A stretch of DNA of 36,846 nt. Source: a virus. Its lineage: Duplodnaviria; Caudoviricetes. The stretch spans positions 1 through 36,846 of IMG/VR virus record IMGVR_UViG_3300020381_000021. One strand, 5' to 3'. Both the position numbers and the translations under genes were made by a program. Positions 18,503 to 25,741 of the stretch are shown here, one piece after another; positions within the stretch are counted from its first letter, which is position 1; the number at the start of each line of letters is the position of its first letter. The notes beneath the pieces were generated by a model. The model saw nothing but the letters and a program-made list of their open reading frames with translations. It had not been told where the DNA came from and did no database searches.

Positions 18503-19423
18503 ATGGCAAAGGGTAACAAACGAAAATTTGGGAGTTTTAGGTATCCAATGGCAAGATTGGATAATGATAGTGACTATCTTGAAATAAAAATTGTAGAATA
18601 TAAGGCACCAGGATTTGATAAAAGTGGCACTGGACAATCTCTTCGATTAAAAACAAGTTCAGAATCACTTCAGAAAAATATTGAGAATCCATTAGGAACT
18701 ATTTTTCTTCCTATTCCAGAATCTATTTTGGATTCTAATGGTGTAACTTGGGGTGAAGATAGTTTAAATGGACTTGCCGCTAGTGCTCTTGGAATTGGGT
18801 TGAAAACTATTACAGCAGAAAGTAGTACAGAAGCAGTAAAAGCACTAACTGGTGAAACTAAAGAAGCTGTTGGTGATTTATTGTCTGATAATATGACAAT
18901 ACAAGCTATTAATTCAACTTTCGCATCGATGGCAGTCAACGCTTTAGGTGGTAACACAAGTGCTGGAGGCGTCCTTGCAAGACAAACTGGATCTATATTA
19001 AATCCAAATATGGAATTATTATTTGGTGGAGTTCAGTTAAGAAGTTTTAGTTTTGATTTTGATCTTGTTCCTAGAGATGAACAAGAAAGTAATGTTATCA
19101 AAAAAATTATTCGTACTTTCAAAAAGAGTATGAATGCAAAAAATAGTTCGGGAGATGATAAAAGTACTGGTCTTTTTATAAAATCACCAGATGTATTTAA
19201 ATTAACCTACAAAACAGGTAGAAGAAATCATGAATTTTTACATAAATTTAAACCGATGGCTTTACTCAATATGGGTGTGAATTATACTGGTGCAGGAACA
19301 TATGCAACATATGACAATACAGCACCTGTTCATATGAAAATAAACTTATCATTCCAAGAGTTGAATCCAATTTACTCTGAAGATTATGAAACTCAAGAAG
19401 GTCAGGAGGGCACAGGATTCTAA
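18503..19423 (+). CDS. gp48: Baseplate tail tube cap gp48
   Basis: ILNPNMELLFGGVQLRSFSFDF...P....E...IK.II..FK...LSFQELNPIY; T4 gp48 family. Confidence 0.85.
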   Translation: MAKGNKRKFGSFRYPMARLDNDSDYLEIKIVEYKAPGFDKSGTGQSLRLKTSSESLQKNIENPLGTIFLPIPESILDSNGVTWGEDSLNGLAASALGIGLKTITAESSTEAVKALTGETKEAVGDLLSDNMTIQAINSTFASMAVNALGGNTSAGGVLARQTGSILNPNMELLFGGVQLRSFSFDFDLVPRDEQESNVIKKIIRTFKKSMNAKNSSGDDKSTGLFIKSPDVFKLTYKTGRRNHEFLHKFKPMALLNMGVNYTGAGTYATYDNTAPVHMKINLSFQELNPIYSEDYETQEGQEGTGF

Positions 19424-20079
19424 TGGGATATTTTAGAGAACTACCAAATTTACAATATCAATCACCATATTCAAATCGAATATCAAGTGGAAGTTATGTA
19501 ACAGTAAAAAATTTATTTCGTAGAATGAAAATACGTGATGATCTACAAAACGTTTTTACTATTTTTAATAAATTTACACTAGATGATGGAGATAGACCAG
19601 ACACGGTTGCCTTAGATCTTTATGGGAAATCTAATCTTGACTGGGTGGTGCTGACAACTGCAGGTATTATAAATGTTCGTGATGAATGGCCACTATCAAG
19701 CAAAGAATTATATGAATTCACAGTATCTAAGTATGGTCTTACTGAAATAAACAATGTTCGTCATTATGTAACAACAGAGGTACAGAATGAACGTAAAGTA
19801 ATTGTTCTTCCCAAAGGAAAAATAGTAGATAAAGATTTTAAAATACCGTTACCTGATAGTGATAACACCAGTAGTGCTACATTAAACCCAGTAAGAGGGG
19901 TAAGTTACTATGAATACGAGTCTGATAAAAATGAGGATAAAAGAAATATATTTGTTCTTCGTGCAGAATATTTACAACAATTTTTAAATGACATAAGAAA
20001 TGAGATGACCTATAAAAAGTCATCCCAATTCGTGAACGATAAGTTAATTAAAACAGAAAATACTAGAGTAACAATTTAA
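19423..20079 (+). CDS. gp53: Baseplate wedge subunit gp53 (LysM-like)
   Basis: YFRELPNL.Y...KNLFRR...GDRPDTVA..LYG...LDWVVL...I.N...EWPL...KRNI.VL; gp53 family. Confidence 0.9.
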   Translation: MGYFRELPNLQYQSPYSNRISSGSYVTVKNLFRRMKIRDDLQNVFTIFNKFTLDDGDRPDTVALDLYGKSNLDWVVLTTAGIINVRDEWPLSSKELYEFTVSKYGLTEINNVRHYVTTEVQNERKVIVLPKGKIVDKDFKIPLPDSDNTSSATLNPVRGVSYYEYESDKNEDKRNIFVLRAEYLQQFLNDIRNEMTYKKSSQFVNDKLIKTENTRVTI

Positions 20080-20967
20080 TTACTCTTCTGCTAATTTTTG
20101 AAAATATGAGAGTGCATCATCATCATCATCCTCATTCACAGATGATGGTGTTGTAGACACAGCAGGGGTAACTAACTCTTCAGCAGCACCACGATCAGTA
20201 TCTTCCTCTTCTATAGAAGTGCTTGGTCTTTTACTACCAAGAACATATTCTAAACGTTTTTTCAAGTCATCATATGATTTGAACTGATCGGCATCAATAA
20301 ACTCTTTAAGAGAGTTTTCTTTCTTCCAAACAGACTCAAGTGCGTCGTCGTCATCAAGTAAAGGAGTAACAGCAGTGAATTCAGAACTATCATAGTTTCT
20401 GTACCCTGCTACGTTCTTTGCCTTTAACTTAAAGTTAGCACCTTGCCAGAAATCGAATGGATCGATTGCCTCTTCATCTTCAAACTCAGGTTGCATTGCT
20501 GCTGTGAGTTTGTCAAATATTTTCTTTCCATATTTGTATAGAAATACTTTTCCTTCGTTGTCAGGATTGGCAGGATCCTTTACAACATAGATGTTACTAA
20601 TGTATGTAAGTTTACGTTTCTGTTTACGAGCAGCTTCCTTACCTGCATCTGTTCCATTATTCCATAACTGAGAGTTATATTCTGATACTGGATCTTTACC
20701 ACCAAGAGTAGTAAGACTGTTCTCTATGTACCAACCACCAGGACCTTGGAATGCGTGACTGTATAGTTTCACAAACGGTAGATCCTCATTATTTGGTGCT
20801 GGTAGGAATCGAATAACGGCATAACCATTACCTGATTTATCCACTTCCAGTTTCCACAAACGATCATCTCCTGATGAACCGTTAGTGTTTAATTTTTCAA
20901 CTTCTTTAACTAACTTGGCAGTTAAAGATCCTAATTTTGATTGCTTTTTTAGATTGGCAAATGACAT
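20080..20967 (-). CDS. gp32: Single-stranded DNA-binding protein gp32
   Basis: DDRLWK...DKSGNGYAVIRFLP...GGWYIENSLTT...PFDFWQGANFKLK and an acidic C-terminal tail. Confidence 0.97.
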   Translation of the reverse strand: MSFANLKKQSKLGSLTAKLVKEVEKLNTNGSSGDDRLWKLEVDKSGNGYAVIRFLPAPNNEDLPFVKLYSHAFQGPGGWYIENSLTTLGGKDPVSEYNSQLWNNGTDAGKEAARKQKRKLTYISNIYVVKDPANPDNEGKVFLYKYGKKIFDKLTAAMQPEFEDEEAIDPFDFWQGANFKLKAKNVAGYRNYDSSEFTAVTPLLDDDDALESVWKKENSLKEFIDADQFKSYDDLKKRLEYVLGSKRPSTSIEEEDTDRGAAEELVTPAVSTTPSSVNEDDDDDALSYFQKLAEE

Positions 20968-21008
20968 TTAGATACCTCGGATTTAATTAGATTTTGTTAG
21001 ATGTTTAG

Positions 21009-21037
21009 ATTATAATATATTAATTATGATTTGTCAA
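21009..21037 (-). promoter_or_regulatory. Consensus sigma70 (early) promoter for gp32
   Basis: TTGACA (21037-21032) - 17 nt - TATAAT (21014-21009) on the minus strand, about 40 nt upstream of the gp32 ATG. Confidence 0.85.
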
Positions 21038-21359
21038 TGTTGTCTTTAAGTTTTGAAATTGTTTCTTTCATCCCATCAAAGAGCAAATTCATATCAGTTC
21101 CTTTGGGAAACCCCATTAAAGGAATTGACTTTTGTAAGTAATCTTTCATTTTAATAGCTTCTGAATCATCAGATAGAGACAGTCTAGCATACATAACCTT
21201 CTGTCTATCTAATAATTCTGTCAAAAGTTCAATGTGTTCTACTTGTTCAGATCTATCCATGTGTGGAAATTGCATTACATTACCATATAAGGATTTCTGG
21301 AGTTCGTTAATTTCATCAAGTTCTTCTTGAATGATTTCGGAATCAAAAAATTTACTCAT
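21024..21359 (-). CDS. DUF1825-like cyanophage/cyanobacterial protein
   Basis: FFDSEIIQEEL..I..LQ...Q..M.ARLSLSDD..A..MK pattern; conserved position between gp59 and gp32. Confidence 0.7.
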   Translation of the reverse strand: MSKFFDSEIIQEELDEINELQKSLYGNVMQFPHMDRSEQVEHIELLTELLDRQKVMYARLSLSDDSEAIKMKDYLQKSIPLMGFPKGTDMNLLFDGMKETISKLKDNIDKS

Positions 21360-21948
21360 CTACAATCTCTCTTAGAATTTTTTTATATTGAAACACATTA
21401 ATATTTAGGAAAGGAACATACTTTTTCATTTTCATGTTGACGGTTTCCCACACTGGATCTTTAAGTTTGCGATTAAATTTTTTCCCAAAAGAAAAGATTT
21501 TTTCGAAGATAACTAAGGTTTCTAAACTTATCTCTCCTCCTAGATATTTTTTGAGTATCGGTGGATGACCTTTCGAACAATTGAAAACTTCTTCTAATTT
21601 TTTTTCCGATAGTAATTTTCTTGATTGTTCTTTGAATAAGTATGTCAAACTCTGTTGTCGTCTCATCCAGTCTGCGTATGTTCTTTCTCCAGAATTTATA
21701 ATTTCTCCAATCCATAAGTTTTGTGGTGTTTCAGTGGTTACAAAATTAGATAATAAAAAATCAGTGATCTCCTGATCAGAATATTTTCTTGATGTTTTTT
21801 CAAACCAATACTTATCCTTTCTCTTGTTGAAGGATGTCATTGTTGCTCTTGACTTACCCCCATACCTAAAAAAGTCATATCTTTTATTAGTGAAATGACT
21901 TTTCATTGAGAGATATGTCTGATAGGTTTCAAACGGTGTCACTTTCAT
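21352..21948 (-). CDS. gp59: Helicase loader gp59
   Basis: Y..YL.MK.HF....YDFF.Y.GK.R....SF.KRKDKY.FEK...ISLETLVI; T4 gp59 family. Confidence 0.92.
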   Translation of the reverse strand: MKVTPFETYQTYLSMKSHFTNKRYDFFRYGGKSRATMTSFNKRKDKYWFEKTSRKYSDQEITDFLLSNFVTTETPQNLWIGEIINSGERTYADWMRRQQSLTYLFKEQSRKLLSEKKLEEVFNCSKGHPPILKKYLGGEISLETLVIFEKIFSFGKKFNRKLKDPVWETVNMKMKKYVPFLNINVFQYKKILREIVDE

Positions 21949-22129
21949 TCACTTCCTCACTTTCTAATTCTTCAATTGCATCAACGGGAACCTCATTACC
22001 ATCAATCGAATACCAATGTTGGTTGATACCAATACTATCAGGTTTTACACCCAAATATTGTAAGTCAGGGAAAGAATGCTCACGTAACATTGCTTGCAAT
22101 CTCCAATGTATCAGTTCAGATTTTTTCAT
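21929..22129 (-). CDS. Hypothetical phage protein (66 aa)
   Basis: ORF fills the gap between gp33 and gp59 with overlapping start/stop. Confidence 0.7.
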   Translation of the reverse strand: MKKSELIHWRLQAMLREHSFPDLQYLGVKPDSIGINQHWYSIDGNEVPVDAIEELESEEVNESDTV

Positions 22130-22389
22130 TATAAAGGTAGTTTAGCACGAGAAGTCTTCTTCATAAAGTTTAACTGAATTGCATCATATTTCAACCTTTC
22201 TTTAAGAGGTTTTGTAATAAGTTTAGATACAGACTGAACCTCTATGTCATTCATCTCACAATATTGACATATTGCATCTATATAATTTATTTTTTCTTCA
22301 GCAACTATTTTCTCAATCTCCATCGAAAATTTAGTAGGAGTTATAAACTTACTCTCTATTGCTTTTTCGAGTTCTTTATTTGGTTCCAT
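22129..22389 (-). CDS. gp33: Late promoter transcription coactivator gp33
   Basis: KFS.EIE.IV......YIDAI..YCE.N.IE...V.KLI.KPLKE.LK.DA..LNF.K.TSRAKLPL. Start moved from the track's 22494 to ATG 22389 (MEPNKE...). Confidence 0.9.
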   Translation of the reverse strand: MEPNKELEKAIESKFITPTKFSMEIEKIVAEEKINYIDAICQYCEMNDIEVQSVSKLITKPLKERLKYDAIQLNFMKKTSRAKLPL

Positions 22390-23056
22390 AAAACTCCAGT
22401 TTGTCTTTAACAAATTTGTCGATGTATCTACCAAGAAGTCTGATATACTTGGCTTTGTCAGTTTCTTCATAAACAACGCATTCTCCATTTTCACATGCCA
22501 TAATAATGACTAATTTTTTTACGGCTATATTTTTCATTTCATATAGCATACAACCATACCCCATAGCTTGAACAAAATAATGTTCAATCCACTCCCGTGG
22601 TTTTGGTTTCTTAGATGTTTTAAAATCTATTATTGCCAATTCACCATCATGTTCTGCGATACAATCGACAGTTCCAGCAATTCCTAGTTGTTTACTATAT
22701 AGTGCACCTTCTAGGGTGTGAATTTGGTTAATTCTATTCAACTCTTTTTTAGATATTTTGAATAGAAAATTAGATATTGGAGGAACATCTGGCAACTTAT
22801 CATTTTTAAGATAATACTCTGTAAGTGTATGCATATCAGTTCCACGAGTTGTAGCAGCCTTTGTAATACGATCTGCTTTCTCATTACCAACTTTCTTCCT
22901 CCAATTAATAAAGATTTCTTTATTAAAATGACTGGTAATTGATGTGATAGAAACTAATTTAATTAGTTCGTCTTCATTAGGTATTTTATAAAATCTAACA
23001 CCATCTATCGTCTCCCTATCAAGAGGTTGAAGATCTAAGTTTACATGATTAAACAT
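22376..23056 (-). CDS. PD-(D/E)XK exonuclease (T4-like phage, RecB/Cas4-like fold)
   Basis: SITSI...W...VG...A..RGT.MH...E...AGTVDCIAE...IIDFKTS...YF.Q...Y motifs. Confidence 0.85.
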   Translation of the reverse strand: MFNHVNLDLQPLDRETIDGVRFYKIPNEDELIKLVSITSITSHFNKEIFINWRKKVGNEKADRITKAATTRGTDMHTLTEYYLKNDKLPDVPPISNFLFKISKKELNRINQIHTLEGALYSKQLGIAGTVDCIAEHDGELAIIDFKTSKKPKPREWIEHYFVQAMGYGCMLYEMKNIAVKKLVIIMACENGECVVYEETDKAKYIRLLGRYIDKFVKDKLEFYGTK

Positions 23057-23816
23057 CAAAATTTATCTCTGATTTTGATAAAAGATATTCTTTAACGAGT
23101 CCAGAACGAACTATGTCATTGATATCAAACTCTATTATATCAAAAGATGGCATTTTACGCAAGATGTTCATGAAGTTAACAATACCATTCTTATCATTTG
23201 TTTTAACTAAATCAGTTTGACTAGCATCACCACAGAAATATACCTTTGTATTTTCACCTGCACGAGTAATAACACTATCAAGTTCATGGAAATTTAGATT
23301 CTGAAATTCATCAACAATAATTATTGAGTTATCTAATGTTGTTCCACGAATGAAAGATGTGCTCCAAAATTTAATTGTTTCTTGTGCTTTTAAATTACCA
23401 TATAACATTTCAAAATCTGCATCAGATGGCATCTGAAACATATACTTTACCATATTTTTATATGGTATTTGATAGATGTCTGCTTTATCTTCATGATCAC
23501 CAGGTAAAAATCCAATTTCTCTTGTAGATACTAATGATCTTACTAGATAAATTTTTTCATACGGTGTATTTTCATTCAAGACATCACATAATGCCTTATA
23601 TAAAGTAATAAAAGTTTTTCCTGTTCCTGCACAACCATAAGCTACAATATTTTTTTGTTCATCATAAGAATCAAATAATCTTTTTTGATTATCTGATAAA
23701 GGTTCAATATCAACTAGGTATCCCTGATTCAAGGGTTTTTTTCTTTTCATATGTTTGGCAGTCATGCCAACACCAATTGGTTGTTCGGAATTAGATCCCC
23801 TTTTCCTTCTTGGCAT
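23049..23816 (-). CDS. phoH: PhoH family ATPase
   Basis: Walker A GCAGTGKT, EIGFLPGD..DK, SFIRGTT, IVDEFQN, CGD..QTDL and DIVRSGLVK motifs. Confidence 0.95.
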   Translation of the reverse strand: MPRRKRGSNSEQPIGVGMTAKHMKRKKPLNQGYLVDIEPLSDNQKRLFDSYDEQKNIVAYGCAGTGKTFITLYKALCDVLNENTPYEKIYLVRSLVSTREIGFLPGDHEDKADIYQIPYKNMVKYMFQMPSDADFEMLYGNLKAQETIKFWSTSFIRGTTLDNSIIIVDEFQNLNFHELDSVITRAGENTKVYFCGDASQTDLVKTNDKNGIVNFMNILRKMPSFDIIEFDINDIVRSGLVKEYLLSKSEINFDV

Positions 23817-23817
23817 G

Positions 23818-24081
23818 TTAAGTAATACCTCTTCTTGCTAGTTTACCTTGAATACCACCAGATTTTTCAGATTTGTCCAAAATAGTTTTCCAACCTGGAT
23901 GTTTGTTATTTAATTTGTCTTTCCACTCACCAACTTCACCCACACCAGGAACTGTCGATGGATCAGAGTAATCTCTATCCCATTCTGGATTATCAATCTT
24001 CCATTGATCCCAGTCATGGATACTCATTACAACTTCTTTTTGTTCACGAGTTTCTTTGTGAACTACAGGATATGTTGCCAT
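23818..24081 (-). CDS. Conserved cyanophage hypothetical protein
   Basis: MATYPV....T.EQKEV.MS...WDQW..DNP.W.RD pattern; sits between thyX and phoH. Confidence 0.75.
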   Translation of the reverse strand: MATYPVVHKETREQKEVVMSIHDWDQWKIDNPEWDRDYSDPSTVPGVGEVGEWKDKLNNKHPGWKTILDKSEKSGGIQGKLARRGIT

Positions 24082-24105
24082 AATTATAAAGTATTGTAAA
24101 ATTAT

Positions 24106-24738
24106 TTAGACCCATTCAAGGGCTTCGGATACTGCAGGAAATTGTTCGGTAAACACCTTACGACACTGATCTGCAATCTCCATGTGTTCCTTCTGTGTTC
24201 CGTGTGCAGACCTTAGATTAATATAATGAATCCATGAACGACATGAACCAGTCATATAGATCTTAGTCGGTGTGCAGAGTGGTAATACCATTCTAGCACA
24301 TTCCTTTGCAACACCCTCTTCAATCATTTGATTGTAAAGACTCTGTGCCGAACTGAATAGAGTAATCATCTGACGATTAAGTTTATCAACAACCTTCTCA
24401 TCTAAATCATCTATACTATTCTGACGATTCTTTACATCCTGTCTACGCAGTTCTGGTAATTCAATCTCACCTAATTGATTGCTCTTTGCATATCGTTGGG
24501 AAAATTCTTGGAACGTAAAACTACGATGCCTCAGAATTTGTGCTGCGATTGCACGAGTAGTTTCAATTTCAAGTGTCATTGATGATTGCTCAAACACAGA
24601 CCAATGATTGTGCTTAATACAATACTTCAATAATCCTGCATACTTTGGATTATCTTGATTATCTGGATTTGAGACTCTGGCAATATGAGCCATCATTTTT
24701 TCAGCATCAGGTGTGATACTTATTAAATTAACTGTCAT
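24106..24738 (-). CDS. thyX: FAD-dependent thymidylate synthase ThyX
   Basis: H.SVFE, RHRSFTFQEFSQRY (RHRxxSxxxxSxR-type motif), KECARMVLP, RSWIHY..LR....Q.E. Confidence 0.96.
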   Translation of the reverse strand: MTVNLISITPDAEKMMAHIARVSNPDNQDNPKYAGLLKYCIKHNHWSVFEQSSMTLEIETTRAIAAQILRHRSFTFQEFSQRYAKSNQLGEIELPELRRQDVKNRQNSIDDLDEKVVDKLNRQMITLFSSAQSLYNQMIEEGVAKECARMVLPLCTPTKIYMTGSCRSWIHYINLRSAHGTQKEHMEIADQCRKVFTEQFPAVSEALEWV

Positions 24739-24893
24739 TTTCCAAATCCTTGTGGTTTTTGTTTTTTATTTTTTTCCAATTCTTGCTCTAAAATTAATAA
24801 TTGTTCTTTCATAAATTTAAGTTCAGCTCGATTATATAAGTAATCTTGCTCTAATGCCTTTTTAAGATTTTTTAAAATTTCTTCAGATCTCAT
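24735..24893 (-). CDS. Small hypothetical protein (52 aa; missed by the ORF track)
   Basis: MRSEEILKNLKKALEQDYLYNRAELKFMKEQLLILEQELEKNKKQKPQGFGK*; ATGA-type overlaps with both neighbours. Confidence 0.75.
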   Translation of the reverse strand: MRSEEILKNLKKALEQDYLYNRAELKFMKEQLLILEQELEKNKKQKPQGFGK

Positions 24894-25066
24894 TCATCAT
24901 CCTCAAAAATTTGACCATAATTTAATTCGGGAGCATTCTCATCTTGAAGTTTCTTATATGCTTCATACGTTAAGTATGATGTTTTATCGGAATATACCTC
25001 TGCTTTTAATTCCGAAACAGCACGTTCTAAATCATTAATAAGAATTTTAAGGTTTTCTTTATTCAT
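24890..25066 (-). CDS. Small hypothetical protein (58 aa; missed by the ORF track)
   Basis: MNKENLKILINDLERAVSELKAEVYSDKTSYLTYEAYKKLQDENAPELNYGQIFEDDE*; stop overlaps the next start. Confidence 0.75.
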   Translation of the reverse strand: MNKENLKILINDLERAVSELKAEVYSDKTSYLTYEAYKKLQDENAPELNYGQIFEDDE

Positions 25067-25094
25067 GAGATTTTCATTTTATTTATCATAGCAT

Positions 25095-25125
25095 AAAAAA
25101 AGAAGGGGATCAACCCCTTCGTTTT
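25095..25125 (-). terminator. Rho-independent terminator (probably bidirectional)
   Basis: GAAGGGG-ATCAA-CCCCTTC hairpin (25102-25120) with a T run on the minus strand and TTTT on the plus strand. Confidence 0.85.
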
Positions 25126-25210
25126 ATTTTCCGTACAGAAACTGAATTTCAGCATTTATGATTGTGAGAAAGATAGCAGATGCTACCAAAATCTCAATTA
25201 TTGCAATCAC
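25124..25210 (-). CDS. 28-aa hydrophobic peptide
   Basis: GTG start overlapping the DUF4278-like stop (GTGA); (M)IAIIEILVASAIFLTIINAEIQFLYGK*; stops just before the terminator. Confidence 0.5.
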   Translation of the reverse strand: MIAIIEILVASAIFLTIINAEIQFLYGK

Positions 25211-25317
25211 TTAGCAGTGTGAGTGATACCACGATATGTGAGTTCGACCTCTTTTGCTTGCTGAGCTTTGTTTCTGTTGGTGTCATAAACGACACCTCTG
25301 TATGTTAATTTTGCCAT
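25207..25317 (-). CDS. DUF4278-like peptide (LTYRG repeats; related to cyanobacterial glutamine synthetase-inactivating factor family)
   Basis: MAKLTYRGVVYDTNRNKAQQAKEVELTYRGITHTAK*; AGGAG RBS 7 nt upstream; lies downstream of glutamine riboswitch aptamers. Confidence 0.85.
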   Translation of the reverse strand: MAKLTYRGVVYDTNRNKAQQAKEVELTYRGITHTAK

Positions 25318-25378
25318 TGGTTTGCTCCTGTTGGAATTGGAAATTTACACCTTTAACTCTTGCGAGTGATCCGTGTTT

Positions 25379-25575
25379 CCGTTCCTTCAGTCGTCTTTTG
25401 CGTCCTTAAAACACATAGGATTAGTATGTGCTACCACAACCCTTACTATTTCCAATTGCTCAGATTTATTAGGATTGTTACTTGCAGAATCTATTAGTTC
25501 AGAAGCAGTCTCACAATCAAGTGGTGCTCCAATTACTATTAGACTAAGAAGAATTTGGTACATAAGGATGAACGA
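25379..25575 (-). ncRNA. Glutamine-II (Downstream-peptide) riboswitch aptamer 2, with P2 loop expanded by about 155 nt
   Basis: Minus strand reads CGUUCA-UCCUUA...UAAGGA-CGCAAAAGACGACUGAAGGAACGG. P1 CGUUC/GAACG and the 6-bp P2 are perfectly complementary. Confidence 0.7.
25387..25563 (-). CDS. 58-aa two-cysteine small protein nested inside aptamer 2
   Basis: MYQILLSLIVIGAPLDCETASELIDSASNNPNKSEQLEIVRVVVAHTNPMCFKDAKDD*; hydrophobic N-terminus; exactly spans the P2 insertion. Confidence 0.7.
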   Translation of the reverse strand: MYQILLSLIVIGAPLDCETASELIDSASNNPNKSEQLEIVRVVVAHTNPMCFKDAKDD

Positions 25576-25576
25576 A

Positions 25577-25620
25577 CCCGTTCCGAGTCGGCTTACTTGC
25601 GCCCCTATTGGGGTGAACGT
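25577..25620 (-). ncRNA. Glutamine-II (Downstream-peptide) riboswitch aptamer 1
   Basis: Minus strand ACGUUCA-CCCC-AAUA-GGGG-CGCAAGUAAGCCGACUCGGAACGGG; matches the recalled CGUUCA-P2-CGCAA...CGACU...GGAACG consensus and is upstream of a DUF4278-like gene. Confidence 0.8.
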
Positions 25621-25627
25621 TGTGTTA

Positions 25628-25656
25628 ATACTAACACATTCATACTATATATGCAA
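25628..25656 (-). promoter_or_regulatory. sigma70-type promoter for the riboswitch transcript
   Basis: TTGCAT (25656-25651) - 17 nt - TAGTAT (25633-25628) with extended -10 TG; predicted start about 25621, right at aptamer 1. Confidence 0.65.
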
Positions 25657-25663
25657 GCACTTA

Positions 25664-25679
25664 TGTAACTTTTGTTACA
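25664..25679. promoter_or_regulatory. NtcA binding site
   Basis: TGTAACTTTTGTTACA = perfect TGTA-N8-TACA consensus of cyanobacterial NtcA. Confidence 0.75.
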
Positions 25680-25701
25680 ATTTTAGAAAATCTTAAGAGT
25701 T

Positions 25702-25741
25702 CAAAAATTTTGCCGAATTTTTTTTGCCCTATTTTCGAATT
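25702..25741. repeat. A/T-tract intergenic element, copy 2
   Basis: caaaaattttgccgaattttttttgccctattttcgaatt; aligns with 16916-16955. Confidence 0.6.

Noticed and set aside
22390-22494. N-terminal extension of gp33 given by the track
   Set aside because: It overlaps the exonuclease CDS by more than 100 nt; ATG at 22389 gives a normal-sized gp33.
22376-23056. Cas4-like nuclease as a sign of CRISPR-Cas
   Set aside because: No repeat-spacer array or other cas genes are present; it is the usual T4-like exonuclease next to phoH.
25374-25380. GGAAACA motif resembling Yfr2-family sRNAs
   Set aside because: A single copy overlapping the aptamer 3' end, without the Yfr2 hairpin context.
25373-25696. 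107-aa plus-strand ORF in the track
   Set aside because: It is antisense to the riboswitch aptamers, nested ORF and promoter, has no RBS, and is best explained as a shadow ORF.
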